Counted from the first letter of the stretch, positions 42,778 to 53,093 are shown. The stretch is DNA of 53,093 nt from Patescibacteria group bacterium (GCA_004322365.1 SCTS01000006.1:226756-279848), one strand, 5' to 3'. Notes: generated from the letters alone by a model not told the origin. Made by a program: numbers and translations.

Positions 42778-44904
42778 ATGCAAAAAAAAGAATTCTCGAC
42801 TGAGATTGGCGGGAAGAAGTTAACCGCTACGTTTACCGACCTTGCGGAGCAAGCGCACGGTAGTGTCATGGTTCGCTATGGCAACACAATAGTGTTTGCA
42901 ACGGCAGTCATGAGTAAGAAAGAACGCAATGACATTGATTATTTTCCACTCACTGTTGAGTATGAGGAGAAGTTTTATGCAGCAGGATCTATCTTAGGTT
43001 CGCAATATATCCGCAGAGAAGGCCGACCCTCTGAGGATGCGATTCTTTCTGGACGTGTCATTGACCGCACCGTGCGTCCACTCTTTGATAGCAATCTTCG
43101 CCAAGAAGTACAGGTAGTTACTACGGTGCTTTCAATTGAAGAAGACGACCCAGATATTCTTGCAGTGAATGCTGCATCAATCGCACTCGCCATATCTCCA
43201 ACTCCATGGAATGGCCCAGTGTCCGCAGTGCGCATTGGAAGAAAAAAAGGGGCGACTGATTTTATTGTGAACCCTACCTACGCAATGAGAAATGCCGATG
43301 ATGCGGAGCTCGACTTACTCGTGTGCGGTAAAGATGGCGTAGTTACGATGGTTGAAGTTGGGGCGAAGGAAATTGATGAAGATGTACTTACAGCTGCGCT
43401 CGCAAGAGGTGTTGAAGAAATTGAAAAAATACAGAAATTCCAAAAGGAAATAATCACCGCTATAGGCAAGCAGAAAAAAATAGTACCGACACGTGTCGTC
43501 GATCCACAAATTCCTGAATTCTTTAAGGCAGTAGAAGGAGAATTTGGCAAAGCAGTATTCTCAGGAGTCCCTGGTAAAGAGGCGATGGGGGAATTGAAAG
43601 ATAGATTTTTGAAAACCGTTGCTGAGACCGCTCCAGAAATAGTAAAAATGGCTGATTCATATTTTGAAGATCAGGTTGCTGAGGCAATGCGTACCCGCGC
43701 CATTGATAATAAAGAGCGCGTTGACGGAAGAGCGCTCGATGAACTTCGTCCATTGTTCGCTGAGGCAGGTGGTTTGTCCCCAATACTTCACGGTTCGGGA
43801 ATTTTCTATCGAGGAGGAACGCATGTGTTCTCAGCCCTCACCTTGGGCGGACCCGATGATTCACAAGTGGTGGATTCTATCGAAGGCAAGAAAGTAAAAA
43901 AGCACTTCATGCACCACTACAACTTTCCTCCATTTTCAGTTGGAGAAACCGGACGCATGGGTGGTATGAATCGTCGCATGATTGGTCACGGCGCACTTGC
44001 AGAAAAAGCACTCTCAGCTGCTATTCCATCAAGAGAAATCTTCCCCTACACAATTCGTTTAGTGTCTGAAGCGCTCGCATCAAATGGTTCCACATCCATG
44101 GCTTCTGTGTGCGCATCAACGCTTGCACTCATGGACGGAGGCGTACCAATGACATCTCCAGTAGCTGGTATTGCTATGGGTGTCATGTATGACAGCCCAA
44201 CTCGTTACGCAATAATGACTGACATCCAAGGACCTGAAGACCATCACGGCGACATGGACTTTAAAGTAGCAGGCACAAAAAACGGAGTAACTGCAATTCA
44301 GCTCGATGTAAAAGTTGAAGGTGTGCCAGTAGCAGTATTGGCAGAAGGACTTATTGCGGCAAAAAAGGCGCGCCTGAGTATTCTTGAAGTTATGGCTGGC
44401 GCTATTGCAGAACCACGCAAAGATATTTCACCACGTGCACCAAAAATAGTTTCCATCTCGATTCCTGTCGACATGATTGGTATGGTCATCGGCCCACAAG
44501 GAAAAAATATCAGAAAAATCGAAGAGGAAACTGGCGTCGCCTCAGTGACGATAGAAGATGACGGTACGGTATTTCTTACAGGGCTCGCTGATGCACCAGA
44601 GAAAGCTGCTCAAATAATTCGTGACATGACGCGAGTATTCAAGGCGGGTGACATTATTGAAGGACCAGTTACTCGTCTCATGAACTTCGGCGCATTCATC
44701 AAACTCAGTGCTAAAGCTGAGGGGTTGGTGCATATTTCTGAAGTTGCGCCATTTAGAATAGCGACAGTAGACGAAGCATTTAAAGTCGGAGACATTGTAA
44801 AAGTAGTAGTAAAAGAAGTAGACGATCAAGGACGCGTGAATCTCTCAATAAAAATGATTGATCCGGAATTTGCGACACGCAAAGGATTGAAGCCAGCTGC
44901 ATAG
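42778..44904 (+). CDS. pnp: Polyribonucleotide nucleotidyltransferase (PNPase)
   Basis: 708 aa. Two RNase PH domains, then KH (GPQGKNIRKIEEETG) and S1 (GDIIEGPVTRLMNFGAFIKL) domains. Confidence 0.95.
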   Translation: MQKKEFSTEIGGKKLTATFTDLAEQAHGSVMVRYGNTIVFATAVMSKKERNDIDYFPLTVEYEEKFYAAGSILGSQYIRREGRPSEDAILSGRVIDRTVRPLFDSNLRQEVQVVTTVLSIEEDDPDILAVNAASIALAISPTPWNGPVSAVRIGRKKGATDFIVNPTYAMRNADDAELDLLVCGKDGVVTMVEVGAKEIDEDVLTAALARGVEEIEKIQKFQKEIITAIGKQKKIVPTRVVDPQIPEFFKAVEGEFGKAVFSGVPGKEAMGELKDRFLKTVAETAPEIVKMADSYFEDQVAEAMRTRAIDNKERVDGRALDELRPLFAEAGGLSPILHGSGIFYRGGTHVFSALTLGGPDDSQVVDSIEGKKVKKHFMHHYNFPPFSVGETGRMGGMNRRMIGHGALAEKALSAAIPSREIFPYTIRLVSEALASNGSTSMASVCASTLALMDGGVPMTSPVAGIAMGVMYDSPTRYAIMTDIQGPEDHHGDMDFKVAGTKNGVTAIQLDVKVEGVPVAVLAEGLIAAKKARLSILEVMAGAIAEPRKDISPRAPKIVSISIPVDMIGMVIGPQGKNIRKIEEETGVASVTIEDDGTVFLTGLADAPEKAAQIIRDMTRVFKAGDIIEGPVTRLMNFGAFIKLSAKAEGLVHISEVAPFRIATVDEAFKVGDIVKVVVKEVDDQGRVNLSIKMIDPEFATRKGLKPAA

Positions 44905-44926
44905 GACACAAGAAGGGAAGGGTTAG

Positions 44927-46231
44927 GTGGGGGTTACAATGATAGACGAAATGGAAATAGACGAGGAGAACAAAAAAGCACTTGTCGACAACACTCTTCC
45001 ATCTAAAGACGAGCTTCTATTGGTTGCGCCGACACAGGAACCTCACTCCGTAATGGTAGTGAATACCCCGACACAACCTATCACTCCACCTAAACCACTC
45101 CCTGTCATTGAAAAAAATGTAGAGAAGCCGATAATGCAGGCGCCTCCATTGCCGAAATTTAAAACAGTAGAAGCATTAGCAAAAGCGGTAAGTTCTTTGT
45201 ATACAGGCAATGCGGTAGTTGAAGCAACGAAGAAAATTTTTCCTGTTGCAAAAGTTGAAAAGGAAGTCGAGAAGTCACCTTTGCAATCTACAGCTGCCGC
45301 AAATCCTTTTGAAAGAAGCGCCCGTGAGATAGGTCTCGAGGAAGAGCCGGTGAGGGAGAAAAACCCACCACCAGAAATTAACGCAATAAAAAAATCCGCT
45401 GAGACCGATACCGGGCTTCCTCGTGTGCGTACCTATGCAAACGACATCAGCACTGAAATCAGGAAACGAAACACCACACTCACTTCAATTGTGGGAGCAG
45501 AACAACAGCGAACAATAACCGAGGGCCCATACGAAGATACTGCGGCAATAACCAAACGCGCTAACCGCATGCGAATGTTTTTAATGGGATCAGTTTTTCT
45601 TATCGCCATTGGAATACTGAGCCTCGGCGCAGCGTTCGTTTTTAATAAACAAACAAACATAACCGCATCGGAGCGGTTACTCATACCTGCAAATCATTCA
45701 AGAGCGGTAGAATACTCACCTGAGGAAGCTCTACCTATCACGCTTGGAAAAATAAAAAACTCTGCAACGCTCAACCTTGGGGAAGTGGAGGCATTTGTTA
45801 TCACTAAAAACGGCATTCCACTTACCACCACCGACATCCTCGGTCTTTTTGGTGCACCAAATGAACTAGTGCGGAATGCACGGAGCGTCATGGTTGGTGT
45901 ACATGCATTTGATCGCAACCAGCCATTTATTTTAATCACGGTGTCTGCATACGACCATGCATTCGATGCAATGCTTTCATGGGAAACTCGTATGAATGAA
46001 GGGTTGGGGAATTTCTTCAGGCCGTCATCGCTTGCTCCCGCAAGCATCGCATCTACTCCTCCTGCGCTCATATTCACTGACCGTACTATTAAAAATACTG
46101 ACGTCCGAGAAAGTCAGTTGGAGTGGCACATTATGTATGCCTTCCTTCGCCCCGATCTCATTCTCATCACCACAAACGAAAGCACGCTTCGTGAGGTAAT
46201 AACTCGACTTTCACTGCAAAGCAGTAAATAG
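44927..46231 (+). CDS. Hypothetical single-pass membrane protein
   Basis: 434 aa. Pro-rich N-terminal half, one TM (FLMGSVFLIAIGILSLGAAFVF) and a C-terminal globular part. The start is uncertain. Confidence 0.55.
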   Translation: MGVTMIDEMEIDEENKKALVDNTLPSKDELLLVAPTQEPHSVMVVNTPTQPITPPKPLPVIEKNVEKPIMQAPPLPKFKTVEALAKAVSSLYTGNAVVEATKKIFPVAKVEKEVEKSPLQSTAAANPFERSAREIGLEEEPVREKNPPPEINAIKKSAETDTGLPRVRTYANDISTEIRKRNTTLTSIVGAEQQRTITEGPYEDTAAITKRANRMRMFLMGSVFLIAIGILSLGAAFVFNKQTNITASERLLIPANHSRAVEYSPEEALPITLGKIKNSATLNLGEVEAFVITKNGIPLTTTDILGLFGAPNELVRNARSVMVGVHAFDRNQPFILITVSAYDHAFDAMLSWETRMNEGLGNFFRPSSLAPASIASTPPALIFTDRTIKNTDVRESQLEWHIMYAFLRPDLILITTNESTLREVITRLSLQSSK

Positions 46232-46273
46232 AAAGGTTCAAGGGGCTAGGCTTTAGCTTCTGGGGAGAGGTTT

Positions 46274-46308
46274 GAAGCTGACAGCTGGAACCTGACACCT
46301 ATGACCTG
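46274..46308 (+). repeat. Heptad leader repeat 5' of the dksA-like gene
   Basis: GAAGCTG ACAGCTG GAACCTG ACACCTA TGACCTG. Confidence 0.65.
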
Positions 46309-46327
46309 TCTATGTTAGGATACCCGA

Positions 46328-46702
46328 ATGCTCACACAAAATGACCTCGTAAAATTTAAGAAATTACTTGAAGAGGAGAAGGTACTCCTTGAAACTGAGC
46401 TTTCTGAGCTTGGAAGTAGAAACCCTTCAAACGCATCGGATTGGGTACCATCAAAGCCTGCAGGAGATGAGTTTGGCGCCGACCGAAACGACAACGCCGA
46501 TATCATTGAAGATATGCAGGACAACAATGCTGCTCTCAATGAACTTGAAGGTAGATTGAATCAAGTGGTAAGTGCACTTTTAAAAATCACCGAGGGTACT
46601 TATGGTACGTGTGAAATTTCTGGTGAAGCGATTGAAATGGACCGTCTCGAAGCAAACCCAGCCTCTCCTACCTGCAAAAAGCACATGCGAGAAGTTATAT
46701 AA
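46328..46702 (+). CDS. DksA/TraR-family protein with a degenerate zinc finger
   Basis: 124 aa. A coiled-coil N-terminal part, then GTCEISGEAIEMDRLEANPASPTCKKH. Of the usual four Cys, only two remain (CxxS...CxxH). Confidence 0.7.
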   Translation: MLTQNDLVKFKKLLEEEKVLLETELSELGSRNPSNASDWVPSKPAGDEFGADRNDNADIIEDMQDNNAALNELEGRLNQVVSALLKITEGTYGTCEISGEAIEMDRLEANPASPTCKKHMREVI

Positions 46703-46718
46703 AAATTCTATTCCGATT

Positions 46719-46750
46719 TAAAAAACACCTCCCTAAAGAGGTGTTTTTTT
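46719..46750 (+). terminator. Intrinsic terminator
   Basis: AAAAAACACCTC-CCTAAA-GAGGTGTTTTTTT. Confidence 0.8.
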
Positions 46751-46775
46751 ATAAATTAACATCAATCGATACAGA

Positions 46776-48299
46776 ATGCCTGCTATCATGCGCACTATGT
46801 TTGCGCGCGTGTATAGCGTTCAGCCCGGATTTCCTCACTCTGAAATTGTTACCGTGGAAGCTGATGTCACTGAAAAAACACTGTACGCATTTTCAGTTGT
46901 TGGTCTCGCTGATAAAGCTGTTGAGGAGGCGCGTGACCGTCTCTCCGCTGCAATAAAACATTCTGGTTTTAAATCACCGAAGACATTCAATCACAAAATA
47001 GTTATCTCACTTGCCCCCGCCGGACTTAAAAAGGAAGGGGCGGTCTTTGATTTACCAATGGCACTTTCATATCTCTTGTCTGCCGAAGAAATTTCATTCG
47101 ACCCTACAAAAACCGCATTCCTAGGAGAATTAGCACTCGACGGAACACTTCGAGAGGTTCGGGGAATCTTACCAGCAACCCTCACTGCAAAGGCAAAAGG
47201 TTTTACTACAATATTTGTCCCTGAAAAAAACGCACGCGAAGCTGCTCTCGTTCAAGGCATTAAGGTCTTCGGAGCAACATCGCTTCGGGAAGTTATTGAC
47301 CATGTAACGGGGAACAAAGAATTAGTGGAGACTGCACATCATGCAGGAGAAAGCCTAGACAGTGAACTTCCTCACGTCGACATTGCTGACATAAAAGGAC
47401 AAGAAACTGCAAAGCGCGGCCTCGAAATTGCGGCAGCGGGTAGACACAACATTGCCTTTGTAGGACCGCCTGGCACAGGAAAAACAATGCTCACTCATGC
47501 ACTTGCAGGAATACTCCCACCATTATCTTTTGAAGAAGCCGTGGAAGTAACAGCAATCCATTCAGTTGCAGGCACTCTTACAGAAACACTTATACGCTTT
47601 GCTCCTATCCGGGCACCGCACCACACCTCATCGTATGTTGCGCTCGTGGGCGGAGGTAACGCACTTCGTCCAGGAGAAATAACACTCGCACATCGTGGTG
47701 TTCTTTTCCTTGATGAATTTCCTGAATTTGATAGGCGAACACTTGAGGCACTCCGGGAACCTTTGGAAAATCGCGCAGTAACAATATCTAGAGCCATCGG
47801 TTCAACAACATTTCCAGCAAACATCATGTTAGTGGCGGCAATGAACCCGCCCGAAAATAATGCCGACCCGCGAGAGATGGCGCGTTTTCAAAAAAAGCTT
47901 TCTGGTGCCATTATTGATCGCATTGATGTGTGGATTGATGTCCCTCATGTACCCCATGAAAAACTTGGGAGTAAAAACGAATCTGAAAAATCATTTACGG
48001 TACGGAAGCGTATTATGGGTGCCAGAGAAAAACAAATCGCACGGTCTAAAAAATTAAAACTGAGCACTCATACAAACAGTGAGCTCCCCTCAAAAGTTCT
48101 TGACGAACGAGCCGGTATTTCTGTTGACGCACAAAATACCCTCACTGGTGCTGCAAAAAATCTCAAACTTTCGCCTCGCTCATACCACCGTGTGCTTCGA
48201 CTGGCACGCACCATTGCTGACCTTGGAAATTCTGAACTCGTTGGCTCGGAGCATGTGCTTGAAGCACTCCAGTACCGTCCACGCATTTTACGTGCGTAG
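46776..48299 (+). CDS. comM: YifB/ComM-family Mg-chelatase-like AAA+ ATPase
   Basis: 507 aa. Lon-protease-like N-domain, Walker A GPPGTGKTM and GVLFLDEFPEF. Alternative start at ATG 46797. Confidence 0.9.
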   Translation: MPAIMRTMFARVYSVQPGFPHSEIVTVEADVTEKTLYAFSVVGLADKAVEEARDRLSAAIKHSGFKSPKTFNHKIVISLAPAGLKKEGAVFDLPMALSYLLSAEEISFDPTKTAFLGELALDGTLREVRGILPATLTAKAKGFTTIFVPEKNAREAALVQGIKVFGATSLREVIDHVTGNKELVETAHHAGESLDSELPHVDIADIKGQETAKRGLEIAAAGRHNIAFVGPPGTGKTMLTHALAGILPPLSFEEAVEVTAIHSVAGTLTETLIRFAPIRAPHHTSSYVALVGGGNALRPGEITLAHRGVLFLDEFPEFDRRTLEALREPLENRAVTISRAIGSTTFPANIMLVAAMNPPENNADPREMARFQKKLSGAIIDRIDVWIDVPHVPHEKLGSKNESEKSFTVRKRIMGAREKQIARSKKLKLSTHTNSELPSKVLDERAGISVDAQNTLTGAAKNLKLSPRSYHRVLRLARTIADLGNSELVGSEHVLEALQYRPRILRA

Positions 48300-48328
48300 A
48301 CGATAGCAAACAAGGTTACAATACAGGC

Positions 48329-49126
48329 ATGGCGGAAGGATCAAAAAGCAACATGTTTTCCATTTTCGGTGGCAAGAAACGCATACCGAAAGACTCCTAT
48401 AAAGCCTACCTTACTTGGGCGATTGCTGTAGACGCAGCACTCTTTTGGCTTCCTGGGGCAGGTGATTTCTTTATTCTATATTGCCGTGGCATGTGGTGGC
48501 TTAATGGATACAACACTGACAAAATGATGGCCGAAACACTACTCAACGCAGCAGGAGAACTACTTCCATTCGTGCCATGTTCAACATCATTCGTATTTAT
48601 TTCATACCGCATTAACAAAGCAAACACCGAGCCATTAGCTGGAGAAGAAAGCGAAGGAAAATCGAGAACGGAAGAGGCTGAGGGAAAAGCCATTCGTGCA
48701 CTCCAAGGAAAAAATCCTGGAACACAAGGTGGTGGACCAGAAAAACAAACGACTCCAGAAAAGAGTGGCGGTCCTGAAAACAGAGCGGGTGGGACAGGTG
48801 GGAATCGAGACGCTGAGCACTTGGTAAATAAAGATAGCGGTCGCCCGCAAAGTCAGTCATTAAAAGAGACCCCGAACAAAAGTACTCCAACATCAAATAA
48901 ATCAGTCGATGGTGTCAATCCACAGAAAAAAAATGAACCCGCACAAAACCCTGCTTACCAACCAACACAACCTGCCTTTAGGCGACCCCCCGCAAATGAC
49001 AATGCACCAATAGAAGCACCGGAATCAGAGGAATTACCTGATACTGACATAGAAGAACCTGAGGAAACAGCGACCCCAAACAACGATGAGGGAGAATTTT
49101 TTGATAACGCAAGACGCGTTGCTTAA
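48329..49126 (+). CDS. Hypothetical membrane protein with a long low-complexity C-terminal tail
   Basis: 265 aa. Two hydrophobic segments are followed by a Gly/Pro/Glu/Asn-rich region. Confidence 0.5.
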   Translation: MAEGSKSNMFSIFGGKKRIPKDSYKAYLTWAIAVDAALFWLPGAGDFFILYCRGMWWLNGYNTDKMMAETLLNAAGELLPFVPCSTSFVFISYRINKANTEPLAGEESEGKSRTEEAEGKAIRALQGKNPGTQGGGPEKQTTPEKSGGPENRAGGTGGNRDAEHLVNKDSGRPQSQSLKETPNKSTPTSNKSVDGVNPQKKNEPAQNPAYQPTQPAFRRPPANDNAPIEAPESEELPDTDIEEPEETATPNNDEGEFFDNARRVA

Positions 49127-49129
49127 AAT

Positions 49130-50302
49130 TTAAAAAGGATTTGTCGCCCCACGAATCTCGAAGTGAAGGTGTGCACCCGTTGAACGACCAGTGTTACCAG
49201 AAAGGCCGATTACCTGCCCCTGAACCACTGATGCGCCTGCAGACACCTCTGTTTTGGACAGGTGACCGTACACTGTTTGCGTTCCATTTGAACACTGAAC
49301 AACAATGTAATCACCGTATCCTCCGTTCCAACCTGAGTCTCTACTTACCAGAACCGTGCCGGGACATGATGCCATAACCGATGTTCCAATTGGAACACTA
49401 ATATCAACCCCGTTGTAGCCGTGGAGACCTTGGGACTTTCTACCGCCAATGAGAGGTCGAAGGTAATAACCTTCAACTACAGGCCCCCCTGCACCACGAA
49501 TGAGCTTTGAGTTGCCTGCCGATGTTGGAGTGGAAGATTTTGTTACCTGTGGGGCATCAACACCATCAGGGATAACGATTGAGTCACCGACCGCCAACTT
49601 TGCTCCTGCGGATAAGCTATTAAAGTCTAGTACCTCTTGCATGTCGCCCTTATACTTCTTAACAATAGACGCGAGCGTTTCGCCTTTTAAAACAACATGC
49701 TCAACTCCAGTAACAGGAAGAATAACAAGGGTATCTCCAGGACGAACTGATTTAGCGTTTGTCAGGTTATTTGCCCAAAGAATGGTATTGGGAGAAACAT
49801 GAAACATTCCAGCTATTTCTGAAAGAGAATCTCCTTCACGAACGACGTATATTGAAATCTGATTTGAGTGTGGCTTCTGATCCTGTATGTCAGCGAGAGT
49901 CCCTTCTGGTCCAGTTTCTGGAACAAGAGCTACTCCTCCAACTATAGTTATATCTCCACCACCCTTTGCTGGATTCGGATCTACATTCACTGCCGCCCGA
50001 AGAGCGGGAGTTTTTGAAGCAGAAAAGGCTGTAATAGAAGGGGTCTCTGATACGGCAGAAGATAGGGGAGCAAAAAAGTCCGACAATGAAGAGAAGAAAG
50101 AAGCATGAGCTTCTTTAAATGTACCGAGACACGAAAAAAGGACTATCACGGCAATGAAAGCCGAAACAAACTTTCTTTGTGTAGCTCGGGAACCTGCATG
50201 TGCAATGTCGCGGGCGTTGTTCTCTTTTGTTTTTATATGTAATCCCCACTCAGGGTAGCCAACAGATGTTTCAAGTAAAATGGCTCTATTAAGCCAAAAC
50301 AA
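49130..50302 (-). CDS. LysM-domain M23-family peptidoglycan metallopeptidase
   Basis: Two LysM-like repeats (YVVREGDSLSEIA, VVLKGETLASIVKKY) and an M23 domain (GVDISVPIGTSV, GAHLHFEI). The N-terminal start is uncertain. Confidence 0.85.
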   Translation of the reverse strand: MFWLNRAILLETSVGYPEWGLHIKTKENNARDIAHAGSRATQRKFVSAFIAVIVLFSCLGTFKEAHASFFSSLSDFFAPLSSAVSETPSITAFSASKTPALRAAVNVDPNPAKGGGDITIVGGVALVPETGPEGTLADIQDQKPHSNQISIYVVREGDSLSEIAGMFHVSPNTILWANNLTNAKSVRPGDTLVILPVTGVEHVVLKGETLASIVKKYKGDMQEVLDFNSLSAGAKLAVGDSIVIPDGVDAPQVTKSSTPTSAGNSKLIRGAGGPVVEGYYLRPLIGGRKSQGLHGYNGVDISVPIGTSVMASCPGTVLVSRDSGWNGGYGDYIVVQCSNGTQTVYGHLSKTEVSAGASVVQGQVIGLSGNTGRSTGAHLHFEIRGATNPF

Positions 50303-50503
50303 GAAACGCGAACGAACAGTCGTTCATTCACTATACCGAGCTGAAAATCGAAGTCAATCAATTTTTAATACCCTGGGGGACAACAAAAAAATGCCCTAAA
50401 AATTGACAGATGATTCTAAAAATATCGTAATACATAAACTGTGGCCTAGAGGGAATTAAATCCTCAGGCCTATTTTGCAACCATACTGTTATAGTGAGTT
50501 TCT

Positions 50504-52435
50504 GTGGATCACCTTAAACACCTAAACGAAGCTCAAAAGAAGGCGGTTCTGCATTCCAAGGGGGCACTCCTTATATTAGCGGGAGCAGGAGCGGGTAAAA
50601 CGAGGGTTATTGTGCACCGTATAGCTGAAATAATCCGCGAAGGTACAGCACCACAGCGTATTTTGGCAGTTACATTCACCAACAAGGCAGCGAAGGAGAT
50701 GAAAGAGCGTGTTTCCCACCTTATAAAGACCGATTTGGTTCTTTCTCCGTATGACACCCCGAGGCACGACCCCTTTATAGGCACATTTCATAGGCTGGCC
50801 TTAGAAATAATAAAAACATTCCACGGTGCAGTGGGGTTGCCAGCGCGTTTCACTATTTATGACCGCGCAGACTCTACCCGTGCCATGAGGGAAGCTATCA
50901 CTGCTGCTGGCTTCGACCCAAAACAACTAGAACCGCGCAAAGTAATTTCTATAATGAGCCGAAAGAAAGGGGAGGCCGTCGGGCAAAGAGAATTTCAAAA
51001 TGAGCACGCTTCTTCATATATAGATGAAGCAGTTGGGGAAGTGTGGGGGCGATATGAAGCCATTTTGAAAAAAGAAAAAGCGCTCGATTTTGATGACATT
51101 CTCCTTACGGCGCATTGGCTTCTTACTAACCATCCTCCTGCGCGAGAACATTTTCAAAGCGCATGGGACTACGTTCATGTAGATGAGTACCAAGACACCA
51201 ACCGCGTGCAGTACGAAATTGTAAAATTACTGAGCGAGCGCCATGGCAACATCGCGGCCGTTGGTGATGTTGATCAAAACATTTATAGCTGGCGAGGAGC
51301 TTCCATTGAACACATTATGAATTTTGAAAAAGCATTTCCAAATGCAGAAATCATTTTACTCACAGAAAACTACCGTTCCACCAAAACAATTTTGTCTGCC
51401 GCAAACGATGCCATAGCAAAAAATGTAAATCGCCGAGACAAGGAATTGCACACAAATAATGAGGACGGAGAAAAAATACAGGTGGCAGGATTTGCAGATG
51501 AAAATGAAGAATCAAACTTTATTGCGCGTGAAGCACGGAACTTGATAGGGAAAGGGCTTCGTGCAGAAGATATTGCAGTTTTGTACCGTGCAAACTTTCA
51601 ATCGAGAGTCTTGGAAGAAGGATTTTTGCGAGCCGGAGTTCCATACCAAGTTCTTGGCACTCGATTTTTTGAACGCAAAGAAGTGAAAGATGCACTCTCC
51701 TATTTGCGCGCAGCCCTAAATCCTGACTCTGCGGCCGATATAACACGCGCAATTGCAACGCCGTCTCGTGGCATTGGTAAGGTCACACTCGCAAAAATAA
51801 TTAATCATCAAGAGGAAAACCTTCCTGCTTCAGCAAAAGAAAAAATACATCTCTTTCGCCAGACACTTTCTCGCATCGCAAAAGCCATAGAGGAAAAAAG
51901 CGCATCAGAAGCCGTATATTTTGCTCTCACCGAAAGTGGCATGTGGCGTTTGTATTCTGAAAAAAATGTTGAGGATGCAGAAAGACTTGAAAACCTAAAA
52001 GAACTCGTTACTGTTGCCACAAAATACGACACGCTTCCACTGGGAACTGGTATTGAACGCCTTATAGAAGAAGCCGTACTACAGTCAGACCAGGATGAAT
52101 TAGAAAAACCAAAAGCTGGGGTAAAGCTCATGACCGTACACGCCGCAAAAGGTTTGGAATTTAGCGTTGTCTTTATTGCTGGCTTAGAAGAAGGGTTATT
52201 TCCTCATGAGCGAGATGGTGCAGACGGCGTAGACACTGAAGAAGAGCGACGACTTTTTTATGTTGCTCTCACGCGCGCAAAAAGTATTGTATACACAACC
52301 TATGCGCGAACGCGTCGAATATTTGGCACACGCTCGGAAAATATGCCTTCAGTTTTCATTACTGAGCTCGATCCCGAGTATCGCGATGTGGTAGTGTTTC
52401 CTTTCTGGAATGATGAAATCCCCTCGATCACCTAA
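50504..52435 (+). CDS. UvrD/PcrA-family ATP-dependent DNA helicase
   Basis: 643 aa, GTG start. Walker A AGAGAGKT, DEYQDTN, YRS and VHAAKGLEF. Confidence 0.92.
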   Translation: MDHLKHLNEAQKKAVLHSKGALLILAGAGAGKTRVIVHRIAEIIREGTAPQRILAVTFTNKAAKEMKERVSHLIKTDLVLSPYDTPRHDPFIGTFHRLALEIIKTFHGAVGLPARFTIYDRADSTRAMREAITAAGFDPKQLEPRKVISIMSRKKGEAVGQREFQNEHASSYIDEAVGEVWGRYEAILKKEKALDFDDILLTAHWLLTNHPPAREHFQSAWDYVHVDEYQDTNRVQYEIVKLLSERHGNIAAVGDVDQNIYSWRGASIEHIMNFEKAFPNAEIILLTENYRSTKTILSAANDAIAKNVNRRDKELHTNNEDGEKIQVAGFADENEESNFIAREARNLIGKGLRAEDIAVLYRANFQSRVLEEGFLRAGVPYQVLGTRFFERKEVKDALSYLRAALNPDSAADITRAIATPSRGIGKVTLAKIINHQEENLPASAKEKIHLFRQTLSRIAKAIEEKSASEAVYFALTESGMWRLYSEKNVEDAERLENLKELVTVATKYDTLPLGTGIERLIEEAVLQSDQDELEKPKAGVKLMTVHAAKGLEFSVVFIAGLEEGLFPHERDGADGVDTEEERRLFYVALTRAKSIVYTTYARTRRIFGTRSENMPSVFITELDPEYRDVVVFPFWNDEIPSIT

Positions 52436-53093
52436 AGCGCGCCGAGGTGCAAAACTCGGACAACATCTACTCACTAATGTTGGCATTGCTCGCGCTGTAG
52501 CTGTTGCTGCAAATGTTACCCATGGAGACAGAGTGCTTGAGATAGGGCCAGGGAAAGGGATGCTCACTAAAGAAATACTTTTGCTTGGAGGAATAGTAAC
52601 CGCAGTTGAAAAAGATCCCGCAATGGTTTCGGTGCTCAAAGAAAAATTTACTGACGAACTTAGTTCGGGTTTACTTACACTGATTGAGGGCGATGCTCGC
52701 GACTATACGCCTGATAAAGTATTTCCAAAAGGCGCATACAAAATTGCCGCAAACATTCCGTACTACATTACAGGAGAATTAATTCGTTCATGCTTAACTG
52801 CAAAAAATAAACCTGTCTCGCTTGCACTTCTGGTACAAAAAGAAGTTGCGGAAAGAATTGCACGAGGTAAAAAAGAAAGTATTCTTTCGCTCTCCGTAAA
52901 AGCATATGGCGCTCCAAAATATGTAAAAACAGTTTCTCGAGGAAGCTTCAATCCACCACCATCAGTTGATTCAGCGATACTTGCCGTGTATGACATTTCA
53001 AATAAAAATTTCAAGAAGATTGAAGAGGAAGATTTTTTTCGCATCGTAAAAGCAGGTTTCGCGCAGAAAAGAAAAACGCTCGCAGGAAATCTA
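52410..53093 (+). CDS. rsmA: 16S rRNA (adenine1518/1519-N6)-dimethyltransferase, 5' part (continues beyond the window end)
   Basis: MMKSPRSPKARRGAKLGQHLL..., VLEIGPGKGMLT, ANIPYYIT and FNPPPSVDS. Overlaps the helicase 3' end by 26 nt in another frame. Absent from the ORF track because no stop lies in the window. Confidence 0.88.
   Translation, partial: MMKSPRSPKARRGAKLGQHLLTNVGIARAVAVAANVTHGDRVLEIGPGKGMLTKEILLLGGIVTAVEKDPAMVSVLKEKFTDELSSGLLTLIEGDARDYTPDKVFPKGAYKIAANIPYYITGELIRSCLTAKNKPVSLALLVQKEVAERIARGKKESILSLSVKAYGAPKYVKTVSRGSFNPPPSVDSAILAVYDISNKNFKKIEEEDFFRIVKAGFAQKRKTLAGNL

Overview
This is a 53-kb chromosomal segment from a small-genome bacterium that uses the standard genetic code: TGA acts as a stop and all conserved proteins are full length. 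The gene content points to a CPR/Patescibacteria (Parcubacteria-like) organism. That content includes type IV pilus genes plus ComEC, ComM and RecJ, a DUF5667-type anti-sigma factor, many leaders without a Shine-Dalgarno sequence, and almost no biosynthesis. This assignment is an inference and was not tested. All product calls come from motifs I recognise by eye; no database search was possible.

I support about 55 protein genes. They include the str operon (rpsL-rpsG-fusA), rpmB, rpsO, nusA, tig, clpP, rny, hup, pnp, pgk, tpiA, ppa, guaA, purB, recJ, rnhA, xth, a xerC/D-like gene, uvrD/pcrA, rsmA, cca and an ECF sigma/anti-sigma pair. There are also 4 tRNA genes (Gly-UCC, Pro-UGG, Gly-GCC, Arg-UCG), none of which encodes CCA.

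The observations most worth a second look are:
1. A 2.5-kb cassette (28.1-30.6 kb) is framed and split by three base-identical 30-bp perfect palindromes. It encodes a TrpR/YerC-like regulator, a short-form HisG with an N-terminal extension, and HisIE. This is an orphan upper histidine pathway sitting next to purine-interconversion genes.
2. Three of the four tRNA genes are followed by paralogous, GC-rich, strongly structured trailer elements. Each trailer contains a reverse-complement copy of that tRNA's own T-arm.
3. A dispersed family of 7-nt-periodic repeats (AGCTGRA / CACCTGA / CCCTAAA-type heptads) sits directly 5' of many start codons, and in reverse orientation just 3' of stop codons.
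4. The first 8 codons of tpiA are duplicated 188 nt upstream. All six differences are synonymous, and the copy heads an ORF that is translationally coupled to tpiA.
5. comEC is split, with a superoxide dismutase gene inserted between the two halves.
6. Related perfect palindromes cluster between cca and xth.

I found no CRISPR array, rRNA gene, transposase or prophage.
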